A DNA stretch of 64,000 nucleotides from Acanthaster planci (taxonomy: Eukaryota), in contig NW_019091355.1 in NCBI RefSeq assembly GCF_001949145.1, positions 2,772,646 to 2,836,645 on the forward strand. Direction: 5' to 3'. The position numbers and the translations under genes were made by a program. This document shows positions 49,035-62,193 of this stretch, one piece after another. Each line of letters starts with the position of its first letter. The first letter of the stretch is position 1. A model generated the notes under the pieces. It searched no databases. It was given only the letters and a program-made list of their open reading frames with translations, and was not told the DNA's origin.

Positions 49035-52000
49035 CTAGTCTATCGGTTTTGGCTCTGTCGACGCATCCTCAACCGAGGGCCGAGGGATGTCCACCGTGAC
49101 TTCCAGGACAGCCTGGTACCTGGCCCTCCTCCGCAGGAAGTACCAGCACAGCGAGAGCAGGCCGCCTTGCGAGGCCAGCACCACCAGGCCCGAGCCGGTC
49201 ATGATGCGGCGGAAGCTGGGCAGGTCGTGGAGCCAGCAGGCCCGGCGGGCACCGCACTCCGACTGCCACAGCTTGCAGGTTGTGTCAATCAGCCCGCCGG
49301 TGATGATCGGCGTTGGGATCACGCCTTTTATGAGAAAAAAGAACCAGCTGATGTGGTCAAGAGCATCACGATCAAGTCCCTGCAAGTCCACCACAAAGCC
49401 AACACAAGTTGCTCAGTCATGAGCCAAGCTGCAAACTATTTCAATGAACTGGGACAAAAGCATTCCTTTCCTGATCTTCGCCCTGTTCCTTGTGACTGAA
49501 CTTGTGGAGGGGCTTGAGATAGACTCAGCTCCAAAACTAAATTATGAGCAATCATATCTTTGACTTGCTGTGGGTTATGTCCATGAATGGATAAAACACA
49601 AACTTTCACTCGATTTACATCACGCGCCTCCAAAGGCTATTTTCTTACGTTTGCTGCCATGCCACTTTTATTGTCAACTTTCCACAAATCTTGTTCCATA
49701 CATGTACACTCGTTGAAAAACAGCAAATGCGTTGCAACAAATCAAAAATATCCAACACTTATTACACTCAGCACCTAGTCAGTTTCCGCTTGTGGTTGAT
49801 TTTAAAGTGCACAACACATACATACATGTACCGATAGGTTTAAATGTCAAAAAGCTTAAACTCAAAATAAGCAATAAGCTTGCTTAATAGAGCATGAGCA
49901 ACATGTTTTTATTGACAAGTTGGTTTCCTCTCTGTGAGCTGTACTTACCGATCACATACTGAAGACACTTGGTGATGCCATAAGCAAATGCCTTATCCCT
50001 GGCATCAACACTCCTGGGGAAAAAAAAAAGATTCATTTTGACCTTTCGATTCCTCAGCGTGAAAGTGCTTCTTTACAACTCTGCGATACTTAACCCTAGC
50101 TCAGGCAAATATGACATAAACACGACATACACACTATAGTTATTTTAACACCCCTCGATAGAAATCCTGTTCAATTTTCCCCGCTAACTGAAGAAAAATC
50201 ACGGAAATGAAGCCCATTTCAATAAAGTGATGACGCTGAAATCCATTTCATGGCTCTATGCCTTTATTGCCTCATTAAATTGTTGTGAAAGCCCTCTCTT
50301 CTCGGTCATCCACCAACCCTCTGTTGACGGGAAGTTACCGACCATGTTGTCGGAATGGTTCATACCTTACGACAGTTAAAATCAGCGGCGCTCCTGTGGT
50401 TGAGAAGATTAAGACAAAGACGATGGTGCAGATGACGAAGGGGACCAGAGTGTTACACTGATAGGCACATGCTCCCTGGACTACGGCCCAGACACTGCTG
50501 GCAGAGGTAGCATCATCAGATGACCAAGGACCATCACCCACGTCGTCATCAGGAAGACACGAACAGTTCATAAATTGCTGTAGGCAAATAAATGAAGGAT
50601 TGCATTAAACCAATACTGACGTCCGAATCTGTGTCTTGCTTCGAACAAGAAAAGAACAGATTTCACAACACAAATTTTAACCACTTGTTGCCAGGTGGAA
50701 TTTGAAGTTGCATGATGTAAAACCGGGTGATTTTCAAGATTTTGCATTTTCAAAATTTTTCAAACAATTATAGCTTCATTTACTGGACATTTACACCCAC
50801 ACGAATGACTGTCTGGTGGCTACTCTAATCTGACAGACAACATCTATTGACGCCGAAGTATTTCAGCCAGGCCTGCCGCCTTGTAAAAAGAGCCCAGATT
50901 GTGCGGTGTTACAAAAGTTTCTTTTGTTCCTGAAACTGGCACAGTGCACTACTGGTGTCTTTTCAATATGGGCTAGATTAGCGTGCAGCGGTATTGTATC
51001 GCTCACCAATGGAGCGCTGGAGCGCTTTTGTCCCCGGTGGTAATCCACTTGTGCTGAATGCCACAAACAGTGGTATATTCTCTCAAAATAATGACGGATT
51101 TCCTCCACTAGTGACAACTGAAAAAATGTTGGTAATTCCCAGCAACTCGGTCTTTTGTTCCAAGTACAGTCTTTTGTTACCCCCAAGGACCAGCACTTTT
51201 GTCCGGTTTTGGGCCTCCTGGTTTCGTGTATAAAGCCTACGTGCCCAGCAGGATATGGTTAACACATTTTAATAGCACATCTTGAAACAAATTTTAAGGT
51301 CAACAATTTTAATTTCAAATTGAAAAATGCAGCATGTGGCATAGTTCTTTTAGGATATACAATTTTTGTTATTTTCAATATCGTCAAGGGCAGATCTTGA
51401 ACCAAATTTTTGGGGCAGGATTTAGGGGAACATTTATAGTGGGGAGACAACTTGATATATATTTTAGTGTAAACTTTATGGTCTTTATGAGAGGTAAGGC
51501 CAATTTGTTTTGTTTTTACACATGTTGGGAAGAAAAAGAAAAAGGTAAAAAAAATGTCTTTTTCCTCTCATTTACAGTGACAACTAAACTTGCAGTACTG
51601 TACCTCATATTTTTTTGTAGAAAGTGCTCAGGATAGTCCAATCGTCTAACAATAAACTCATGGGAGAGACACGAGGACAGAACAGACTCCAACCTGCAAC
51701 GGATCATTAGGAGATGAATACTGAAATACGAACCACAGTATCCATTGTGTCAGCCTGCAGGGTACACCCGGCAAAGCATGGAGTAATGTACGTGATGTGC
51801 TTGGCCTGTAAGCACACTGCCTGGAACGTGTCATTTCTGCAGTCACAGTCCACGTTGCAAGAGGACTCCAAGTTGAGGATGTCTATTCTGAAAGTTAAAC
51901 AGGTTGACGTCAAGGGTTGAACTGAATGTATGATGAAAATTGCCTGTGACCAGGATGGTTTTAGTCTAACACTCATCCAATACTCTCGATCAGAATGGCC

Positions 52001-55000
52001 ATTTCCTCGGGCTTTTTCATTTGCAAGGTAAAAAATATCAATATATGTATATTTTTTATCTGTGATTGTTAATGAAGTGTGACTTGAGAGTCACAAGTCG
52101 TCATGGCCATTATGATTTGAGTCCCTAGTCCTTGGCTAATGATCAAGTCTGAGTCACCAAAATGGCAAACTCGAGATGGACTCGAGTCCAAGTCCTGGAC
52201 TACAGTTGCACAACACTAGCAAAACTAGACACAAACAGTGCTCAGAGGACACAACTGTTTGATCTCTTGTTTATCACAGTCAGGTGAGGGGTCCTGTGGA
52301 TTGTCAACTTCTAGCAAACTGATTCTCCAGAGGGCTTCACCTGTTTCCACTGTAGTCGACATTGATGCCAGCGATGGGCTGGTTCTCACATCCAAAGGCT
52401 TGGAGGAGCAGCTGGAACACGGTGGCAATGCAGACGCACGCCAAACACAGCTTGGTCTGGCCGACAATCTCCAGCTTCCAGCGCCGGCAGAGGTAACCGC
52501 CCAGGATGCTCCCACAGGCCAGGGCTGGGATGACAACAGCTGCGTTCAAACGCAAAACAGGCAGAGCTGACACTTAAGCCACGGATCCATGTGACTCCAG
52601 TGGAGCAAACGAGTCCACCATAACTCACTGAGCTGCAAGCATAGCAACTCATTCAAATTATTTCAACATGAACTGCGTGAAAGTAATTTTTGTACACCTG
52701 AAAATAATGTACTTTGGACCAGTCCTTTAAATGATTTGTAATGGACTTGACAACTTTTCACTCTAACAGAATCACTGATGATCAGGTGGTTGTAATCATT
52801 TTGAGTCGTTGACAACTTACCGAGTCAAGAGTAAATTACAACAATTTCATTAGCCAAATAACCCAACCTGACTTTAGACATGGTTGCAGTCGAGCCCATC
52901 ACAAGTCCCCTAGAAGTCATGAGTCATCCAGTCTTAAGTCAAGTAACAAGGTACTTTAACTTTAACAAGAGTTTTCCTTCATCATTGTTCACCCTGTTAC
53001 TTGTGACTGGTCTTGTGGACTTGCGACGGACCCAACCACGACACTGCTTTAGACTTCATTCCACAGTCGAGCTCCCTTTTTCAGCCAGTATTTTCTTCCT
53101 AATCGACAATGGGGCATCATCCGACCAGCGCTTCAATTATGCCCAACTTACCGACAAGAATGTTCACCAGACTAGTTGGCAGGCCAAACTGTGACTCGAT
53201 GTACTTTGGAAAGAAACTGAGCAGGCCCGTGACCAGTCCAGTGGTCACAAACGCGAACGTTGCCATCCAGTAGGAACCATTAGTGAAAATCCTATGCAAG
53301 GAAATTAATAATGCTGAAATGAAAGGAAAAGATAAAATAAAAAGAAAAAAAATTTGATCATATTTAGAAAGTCAGCTCTGTTTGGCTACAACAGCGCACT
53401 CAGTCATGTGAACACATGATATTCAGACTACTTCGAAATGGCAATTAGCCTGAATTATACATATGTGACTCCAGATTCCGTCTTCACAGGAAAGCAGAAT
53501 TTGCAGACAGATTTTCACTTTAATGAAAGTTGTTCCTTTGTGTAACTTTGAGATTAGAAAGTTGTTTGGTAACACACCTTTGATCCCACCGAGGTTAAGA
53601 GTGCTGAACATGGGCTCCGTACTCTTGGTCTCGTCAGGCACTGCACCCTCAGCTTCTTCGTCGTCTGCCTCTCTCCACTTCTTTGGAAGCCGCTTTGGGA
53701 AGCCAAGAAACGGTATCCCAGACAGCACCAGGATGAACGCCAGGAAGATGAACAACAGCCACCAGGCGGACACCCACGCCTTGTTGGTGTGGGTCAAGGT
53801 GGTCTGGGTGCGGTAGAAGTCCACCCAGATCAGGGAGGTGGCCGAACTAGTCAGAAAGCCCAGGACCACTCCCAGGCCGTACATACTGGACACGATTCCT
53901 GGAATGTCAGAAACGACAAACTTAGTTACTCTGCCATTCACAGGTACTTGTATCAAACTACAGAAAAACGATCGATGCATCTCAGTACTGTCTTATGAAA
54001 TTAGATGAATGAAATACAACACAATTCTTAAATAAGGCATTGTGATGGCCACATTTTTCTCAGCAGCCGGTAAAGATATCTCAAGAAGTCCATGACATGT
54101 ATGATTATTGATTTCAGTAAAGTGGGATACAGTTTGGAACTCTGGGGGCACATAGCACACTCAACTTTGCTTTGAGTGCTATGCGTCCCGGGGACATTTA
54201 AAACGTCATATTCTAAATTTTAGGTTACATGTAAATGGCAACTTACCGAGGTAAAATGCGGCCCTGGTTTTCTTTACGTTATCATCGATGTAGGATACAC
54301 CAAGTGGCCTTGTTGGCGCATAGCCGACCCCCGCCACAAACTGGCTCATCAGAATGATGATGTAGGCTGCTCTGTCTTCCATTGTGGTAATTTCTGAACA
54401 TTCTGCACCTGAGGAGGGTAATGAATGATTGTCGTGGGGACTGCACAGGCCAAATGATACTGGATGGTCAGGTTCATCAGCTGTGTCTTCAACCTGACGG
54501 TGATGGTATTGATAGGGTCCAAATGCAAACTGCGGGATACAGGTGGCTACCATCCCTAAGGCCATCAGAAAGGCACTGGCCGCTATCCAGCGCGGTCGGT
54601 GGGTGTTCGGCCGTCCGCCGAGGTACGCCGCTACTGGCAGGCCTAGCATGGTGCCGATTTTGTTGACTGTGACAACCATCCCGATCTGGTAGGCGGAGAG
54701 GCCGTACCTGGTCTCCAGGGTGGTCAAGAGGGCCACCTGGATCCCGCTGAAGAAGGCGTCGCAGGTGGTGAAAAAGCAGAGGAAGGTGACAAATGCGACG
54801 GGAGTCGCCAGCCTCTGGAGGTGAGGGGGGTGCCAGGAGCCGCAGCCAAATTGTTCACTGTCATCCTCACTCAGGGCAGCATCAGCCCTGCTTCCAGGTT
54901 CACCCCGAGTTTCAGCATTGTGTTGATCCGAATTGTTCAAGGCTCCAGACTCCGTCTTTCGTTGCTCGTCCAAAGTTGTCTCAACATCACTGTTGGGAGG

Positions 55001-55009
55001 GTTGGCCAT
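49035..55009 (-). CDS. SLCO: Organic anion transporting polypeptide (OATP/SLCO family), 8 coding exons, 721 aa
   Basis: Exons (minus): 55009-54247, 53898-53578, 53313-53152, 52539-52341, 51887-51734, 50577-50366, 50013-49949, 49324-49035. Phases are continuous; total 2166 nt. Motifs: TTLETRYGLS, HRPRWI, GVSYIDDNV, WVSAWW, GFPKRLP, FFPKYIESQFG, the Kazal-like CNVDCDC...YITPCFAGC, and GGLIDTTCKLW...CGARRAC. An alternative in-frame ATG at 55045 lies upstream of the likely acceptor at 55031. Confidence 0.93.
50677..51262. mobile_element. TTAA-flanked piggyBac-like non-autonomous element, family C, in an SLCO intron
   Basis: TTAA|CCACTTGTTGCCAGG ... CCCAGCAGGATATGG|TTAA. It is colinear with 58241-58817. 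Confidence 0.75.
52879..53046. mobile_element. hAT-like family B copy (inverted); a related fragment lies at about 52080-52218
   Basis: TCATTGTTCACCCTGTTACTTGTGACTGG is the reverse complement of the block at 16042-16069. Confidence 0.55.
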
Positions 55010-55588
55010 AACTTTGGGAAGTTGTTCCAGCTTTAAAGATGCCATCACAGATTCAAGTTGAACCACAAAACATAGAAATGTTGTAACATTGGTGCACACA
55101 TTAATTTACATGTATCTGTTGTATCCTGCACCAGGTTTTCTAGTTTATGGCTGACCACATTTTTGTCATCTGTGGACCGTGGACCTGAGTGTTAAAGAAA
55201 ATGGGCATGAGACTAGAAGGTGGTCCGACATTAAATTCCTGCACGATCGACAAATAGCAAAGCGCAGTGAGGCGATCGCGCAGAACGATCACATCACACC
55301 CAAAATAATTAAACAACACGTGCGCACCGGTGAGCTTTGAATTTACAAACGGTAACAAAACTGCAGATAGACTGCCTAGCTACGCCTCAATGGCTAAGCA
55401 TGGACAACATGATTGATAGCTAGGGAAGGAGCCAGTCAGCCAGGCCTAGTGTCAGTTTAAACACCCGTAATAGCTACTACATGTAATAATAATTAGTACT
55501 ATTAACACCGTTGATAGTAGCAACACCGAGCAAGGCTCTAACTCGATGTTTTAAATACGTAAAAACTAAAACAGCAAAGAAAATTCAC

Positions 55589-55770
55589 CCCACTCCGAGA
55601 GTCGAATCTGAGGAAAGTGTTTCCCTTTCCGGTCACCGTCGCGTCACGCGTCGCGTGGTCGATAGTGACAAAAGCGCCCTCTCTAGAGTGATTTTTCACG
55701 TCGTTGTTATTGGCATGAACATGATGAACGCGCCGGGGTGGTCCGGGTAGCGCAAGCGCTGTGGGCCATT
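55589..55770 (-). promoter_or_regulatory. Candidate promoter and non-coding first exon of the SLCO gene
   Basis: CpG-rich segment with a minus-strand donor GG|GTGAAT (GT at 55588-55587), upstream of the acceptor at 55031. Confidence 0.4.
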
Positions 55771-57058
55771 ATGTAATTTGCCAAAAATCATAGTGATCTT
55801 CAACGTACCTGCTCATGATAAGGCCTAAAAGGCGAATATGAATGTCTTCCTCACATAAATTTATTCGTGAGAAGCATGGTGCGTTTTTGCTCAATACATT
55901 TTGTTATAACAGCAGTTTACCGAATATTTTTGTCTCTAGATTGACAGCTACTGCTGTAGCATAATGCTGGTACCATCTGCAAGATAACATTCCATGCTTA
56001 TATAATCGATATGCGCTGGGATTGATCCCCTAAGAACTCCACAGCAGATTGATTTATAACTTGATATTTTTATTTCGCAAAACAAAAATTCGTTTCTTTT
56101 TTTTAACCACAATAATGTCAGATTTGCTCCGATCTTAACTTTTTTCTTTGGAAGTTTATGTGATTAGTATAATTTATTAGTCGGCTCAATCAGAGGTATC
56201 TTAGACAAGCTCTTGACCGATTATCAGAATATTGGATAGTATTGCCAGTTATACAAACGAACCAGAAGGAAGCTGAAAAAATGTTGGAAATTTGTCAGTT
56301 TTCAGTTTGCTGAGCCACATCCATATATACCGAGGAACGCATCCCCATGTCCACTTTTCAAAGTACATGTACATGTAGGACGTGATGTAGGCCTACATAT
56401 CCTCTTTTTTCCAGTTTCTTCATTCTCTAAACTGGTTATTTGATAACTTTAAAAACATGAAATTTCATCTGGATGGGAACAAAATTTGCCCCACTCGTGT
56501 TTTTGAGGTGTCAACTCCATTTCGAGCATCCCTTCTCTTCTTTTCTTTGGAAATCCTGGGTCCCGCCTCCAATTGGTACTAGTGTTTACACGACGTGTCC
56601 TTAAGCCATTTGTTGCGTAGTCTTGGTCCAAGACGTCAGTGATCGATAGTTGTTTTATTTCTGTTGAAGAGCGCCCTCGCACAACTAGTTGAGTGAGAGC
56701 TGGCGCACGTCTAATTATGAGTCGTTGGGGGCGCACTATGCACGGTGTTCGCTATCAAGCACTAACGTCTTGAAACCAAGACTATTCGTTGCGTGGCTTT
56801 GCCATTGGACACGTGTAAAACGCATCGCGATTATGCGTATCATAACGGGTCGTAAACTTAAAGTGATTTGTGTACCGTAGTGAGTGGCGGATACGGTGGT
56901 GGAACAATAACAGGTTGTTTGTCGTTTATAATTAATTGCCTGTTGAGCTCAGTAACTCGGTAATCTCTTGCTGGTTTCCCTTGAATGTGAAGCGTAGATC
57001 TTGCCACTCTCCCGAAGTTATCACAGATATTTTGAGCTAGAATTCGCCTGCTGTAAAC

Positions 57059-60000
57059 ATGTCAAAGCGTCCGTTGCCGTGGGAGTGGGTGGTCGTCACC
57101 TTCGCCGTGCTGGTTAGCGGGCTAGTGGCGCTCGTGTTAGCCGGGGGAGGAATGAAGTTCGAGCCCGACCCAGATGCCGAGGTACGGGGGTAGGCTTTAC
57201 GGTAGTCCTTACGTGGTTTTCAGCGACTCTTTTCGCTGAGTTTTAATCTGCTCGTGAGCTTTTAACCTGTTGTGTGGAATATTGACATTCTGTTCCTTTA
57301 ATTCAGACGAGCTAGGCCTTCTTTAGAGATCATTTATTAATTTATATTTCATGACTATTTATGAATATGAGATGCACCCGCTAAAATCAAAAGGGGGTGG
57401 GGCCTGTCCGGAAATTGGCCACAAGACTGAGATAAAGGTCCCTGTACTCATCATGTTCATGTCTAAATTGGGAAAAAATGTTGCATCCTGACTTCACTTC
57501 AGCAGTTGAGTACAAAGTCTATAGGGAGTGAAGAGAATTTTTTAAGTATTAAGCAACATCAGTAAATGTTTCTCAGTCCAGAATTTGTGTCTTTCCTGCA
57601 TTTCTGTAAGCCTGACTTTCATTGAGATGATTATGATGAGAAAAGTGGAGTCAGGATGCAACATTTTTTCCCTAAATTGGCCTAATATGTTGTCAACAAA
57701 GGAAAGAGAAGAACTCAACTTGACACCCTGTGCACAAACCCTATGGGACTTGTCTGAAAAATTCCATGTGTTTTCTAAGTTTTGCCCTCCTAAATTGACC
57801 TTTTCTGGCCACGTTTTTGCTCTCTGACGGCAAATAGGTCACTGTAGAGGCTAATTATGGCATCCTTATATGGAACTCTTCCCATCCAAAATCCCAACGG
57901 ACCCTTGTCCAACTCAACAAAGTGCCTTTTTTAACATCTTGACATGATCAGGTGTTTGCCTGTCAATTCACGCTGGGAATTGTTTCTTGTTTTTGAAAAT
58001 TTTCAAAGGTGTATGATTCTGGTTTTGCCTCGTCTGGTAAGATGTCCTTCACTACCCCTGATCTCGATGACGAAGATCACCACTCACTACACATGCCAGA
58101 CCAACTGCTTTGTGATGCTTGCCAAATAGTAGCACACATGGTAAGCTTCAGAAAATCATTCTGCAACTGAAACGTCAAACTTTTCCTTGACAACTGAAAT
58201 TTGGGGAGATTCTGCGTAGTTGTTCAAATTGTGCCTCCAATTAACCACTTCCTGCTGGGATGGATTTCTCTTGAGTGGGATGAGATGGCGGGACCTTTTC
58301 AAGATTTTTCATTTTCAAAATTCTTCAAACACTCACGTGTTCATTTACTGGATGTTTACACCCACACGAACGAATCTGGTGGCTACTCTAATCTGTCAGG
58401 CAACCTTCATTGATGCCCGAGTATTCAACCCAGGCCTGTAAAAGAGAGCCCAGAATTGTGAGATGTTACATAATTTCCTTTGTTCCAGTGAATGCCAGTG
58501 GCGTCTTTTCATACGCAGCTGGATTAGCGAGCAGCGGTGCTGTGTCGCTCGTCAATGGGGCCCTGGAGCACTTTAGTCCGCGGTGCTAATCCGCAGGTGC
58601 GCTATGCCCAAAACAGTGGTATACTGTTTCAAAACAGAGCCGGATTACCATCGAAAAATGGAAGTCAAAAAATGATGGCAGTTCCCAGCAGCAGGTCCTT
58701 TGTTCCGAGTACAGTCTTTTGTTACACAGACCAGCTCTTTTGTCCGAAACCAGGCGCCCGGCTCTGCGTATAAACACACGGTGCCCGAAATTGGGCCCCC
58801 CAGCAGCAAGTGGTTAAGCTCATAACATCGTACAGTTTGTGCTCTGTGAAGTAGCATTTGATAATGAAATATTACAGGTAACCGGAGGCTGCGACGCGGG
58901 AGGCAAATGTTACATAGTTGCAGTGGCCAAGCTGTGGTTGAAACTGATTGATCGAAAGACATCCCACCATCCCACACGTGCATTTTTCTGCGCGTAATCG
59001 TAAACTACTTTGTTGTATCGCAGCTTGAGACAAAGTTTGACAAGATGAACGAGAAGAGGCCCTCCTTGAAGAAGAACTTATATGAATCGGACATCCTGGA
59101 TGCTGTTGACGAGGTCTGCAGTGACGAGTTCAGCTCGTAAGTGCCTTCTTATTTATTTCATGCAAGGTACTGTCTTTGCAGTAAAAGATTCCTGCTACAC
59201 AGAACTGATGACATTTTCATTGAAAACAGCCAAGATTGCTTAAGCAAGAATCGGTCAGACTTCTATAAACGGAGGTCACTTATTTTCCCTTGCAGTGGTT
59301 TATTAGCTATCAGAAAGTGTTAACGTCCTAAAGTGTCACATTTAGCTGTGGAAATATTGAACCAATTACTTGTTAGACGTGTCAGAATACACCTAGAAAT
59401 TTTCAGATCAGTCTCAGAAGGTTTGTGCACAGAGCATCAAGCGATGTCCAGATATGGACCTCCTTTCTGATAAACCCACCGCAGCACAGCGCACTAGCGC
59501 AGCACAAGCATGCTCTGTGCCATCAGAGAGCACACTTACTGGATCATCGTGGCTATTTAATGATCGAGGGAAGGCCCTGTGATTCTTCTTAATGGACGAA
59601 GGGGCTGACCGTTATTTTTTTATTTGCTTTCGACAGAGTTGGAATCAAAGAAATCAAGGGAGTGAAGCGGTTAGCGGGACCAGGCCTGAGCACCAAAGAC
59701 GTTCCTGGCATCATGCAAGGAGGTGGCAAATGGCCCGGCAGGTCAGTGGCGATACCGACTGAACTAATTCATTCCATTACGTTGTTCCCAATGCAACTAA
59801 CATGTGTTGCATATGCCACAGTCCTGACTCAGGTCCCAAATGGGGGGCGTGGGTTGGAATCCCACCTCCGACATTTCTGTGGGGATACTTTAGGGATCAG
59901 CAAATCTGTGACGTCGAGACTCTCCTTTCGATGAAACCAAACGTGATCAGAATTCATGTTCACGTTCCAGTGCACACGTTCATTGACCTTGTGAAGGGAT

Positions 60001-60278
60001 TGTCTTTAGTAAAACAAAAGAGGGCGCTATTTTTGCAACACCTACAACACCAAGTGTATATTTCAGTGTGTTTTGTTGTCCTTTGTAACCATCTGCTCAG
60101 AATGAGGGAAGTGTGCACCCAGTACGCTGGAGACTTGGAGGAGGAAAACATTTACAATGCCTACAAGGAAAAGGAGCTGCAGAAATTCTTGTGTTATGAT
60201 GAAGGACGCCATTGTGCGAAGGTTGCCAAAAACAAAGATGGCAAGAAGACCAAGAAAGAAAGAAAAGTGGAATTATAA
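57059..60278 (+). CDS. MZB1: MZB1/pERp1 (canopy-related, saposin-like fold) ER-lumenal protein, 5 exons, 216 aa
   Basis: Exons 57059-57181, 58009-58140, 59024-59136, 59637-59741, 60101-60278; GT-AG, continuous phase, 651 nt. It has a hydrophobic signal peptide, PDLDDEDHHSLHMPDQLLCDACQIVAH (cf. MZB1 PQLDDEEMYSAHMPAHLRCDACRAVAY), VKRLAGPGL and GGKWPGR. It has six Cys and the C-terminal ER-retrieval signal KVEL. Confidence 0.9.
58241..58817. mobile_element. TTAA-flanked piggyBac-like non-autonomous element, family C, in MZB1 intron 2
   Basis: TTAA|CCACTTCCTGCTGGG ... CCCAGCAGCAAGTGG|TTAA; the 15-bp TIR has one mismatch. Homologous to 50677-51262. Confidence 0.8.
59823..59873 (+). pseudogene. 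tRNA-Leu-like 3' half relic (pseudo-tRNA or SINE head)
   Basis: GGCGTGGGTTGGAATCCCACCTCCGACA resembles the T-arm and acceptor end of tRNA-Leu (GGCGTGGGTTCGAATCCCAC..CTGACA). The B-box is mutated and no intact 5' half is present. Confidence 0.45.
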
Positions 60279-61940
60279 TTAAAAGAAAAAGGTGTTAATA
60301 TTTTGTTGAGGGGATTCCCTTTCTACATGTACCATCATTCATTGCTTAATACTAAGGTAAAGAGTTTAGTTATCTCGTTGGGTAACGAGCCTGCAGTGAA
60401 GGCCATGAGTTTACAATGAAGGCCTTTCCACACGAGAACATCAAATCCTAATGCAAATTCACCCTAGGTTAGCCTGGGATAGCCCCCTTGACCAATGTCT
60501 CTCAGTTGTTCAGCTTTTCATTGTTCTGCACTTTTTCACACAAAAGCTACGTTAATCTTGCCAAGGGGGTGAATATGTACTGGCACTCAGTGCAAATACA
60601 TGTATATTGCGCTCACAGCTTTTAGCCCAGAGTGAAAGTCGACACGTGTCACTGCAATGGAACCTGTGCTGCCAACTTCCGTTAAATGTTTAAAACTTTT
60701 GTGACTATTGAGGGTTAAGAACGAAAACTTGCTTTCTCAAAATTTCAGATTTCCATTGTGACATGCACTGATTTCAAACACAAAAAACTAACACGTATTC
60801 CTTCTTCTTGCGCACTTTGTTCTGTTGGAAACATGTCTCATATCACACAACTTACTGTTTTCCTTTACAAGCTTAAGACCGTTCCAACAAGCTCCAATTT
60901 TGGTGTAATTTTTTTGTCGCTGCAACATGTCATTAACAGTTCTATTTTTACTTTGTTTACATTTTAAAATTTGCTTCTCTTCGACCTGAACATTTTTAGA
61001 GGATAATGTTTAAATCATTTTTGAGAGCAGATTTCTCAGGCATCCGACGATTTTAACTCGTCAGCTGTATGTGTACAGGGAATGATTAGTGCTAGGTTGT
61101 GCATTGTGGAGCTTTTTTTCAAATGCGGATAAGTTTACCGTATTGAGAACTTAGTGCCTAGAAATTTTCAATTTTGCAACGTAAAGGAATGTGTAAGGCT
61201 CTCTCCAAAGAATGTTGTCATCTTGTTGCCTCACTGAATAATATTTGGAGGTTTCATACTGTGAATTAATTTCATGGTTGTAGCTTGACAAAAACAACTT
61301 GCAATTGAAATCTACCTGAATACCTTCTTTCATTAGCACTGTATAATATACCCTATCAGTAAATTTCAACTGTGCCAAGTGTTAGTGATAGCATATCTCC
61401 AAGAGATTCCTTTTGTATTTACCAAGTCCATCACTATAAATAGAATTGTTTGGCAGTGCCTTGATAGAGATTTGTGATTTTTCCTCGTAGTTACTGTTCA
61501 ATCTGACTAAAAGTAGAGTACTCAGAAATATGTTACAGCTTGTAAATTTTTCACTTGATTTTTCTAAGTATGAGTCTGTGGAAACCATCAATAACAAAAG
61601 ATAAAGGATGACATTATTTGCACAGATTTAGAAATTACCTTTGTAAGGAGACACTGTGTGAGACGTGGTTGTGATCAAGTACTGTATATGTGGTGTTTTT
61701 CTTATTTATTAATTAAAAAGAGATACTTATATTGCAAAAGAAATCTCTGTTTTTGCAATGGATTTGATTTAATGAAAATGTCATAAACTGAAGAACAACT
61801 TACAAGTAAATACTCTCGCAAGTTGGTGTCGATCTCTGAAATTCCGAACAGTAGTTACTTTGCATTGCTATTTCTTTTCCTTTGTCCACCATGAGCACAT
61901 TTGCCAGGATTTCTTATCCTGACACTCCTTAATTCACCTG

Positions 61941-62193
61941 TGGGTGATGCCAGAAATTAGGGGTGCATTTTTTTTATGTCCCTGTCACATCTGACATGGG
62001 ATTTTGTACATGTAAGTCCAGAGCACACTTTTCTCATTTCCAAGAGTGATGAATTCATGCAAATTACCTGCCAAACAAATAGTAATAGTTTGAAATTACT
62101 TCTGGTGATATTTCCATGTCAAAGAACAAAGGTCAGATGTAACAGGGACACAAAAATGTCGCATTTTCGGACCCCCAATTTCTGGAATTACCC
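61941..62193. mobile_element. MITE family A copy, inverted relative to 16295-16544
   Basis: Same TIRs and the same internal sequence. Confidence 0.8.

Noticed and set aside
48963..49499. 178-aa plus-strand ORF
   Set aside because: Antisense shadow of the last SLCO exon.
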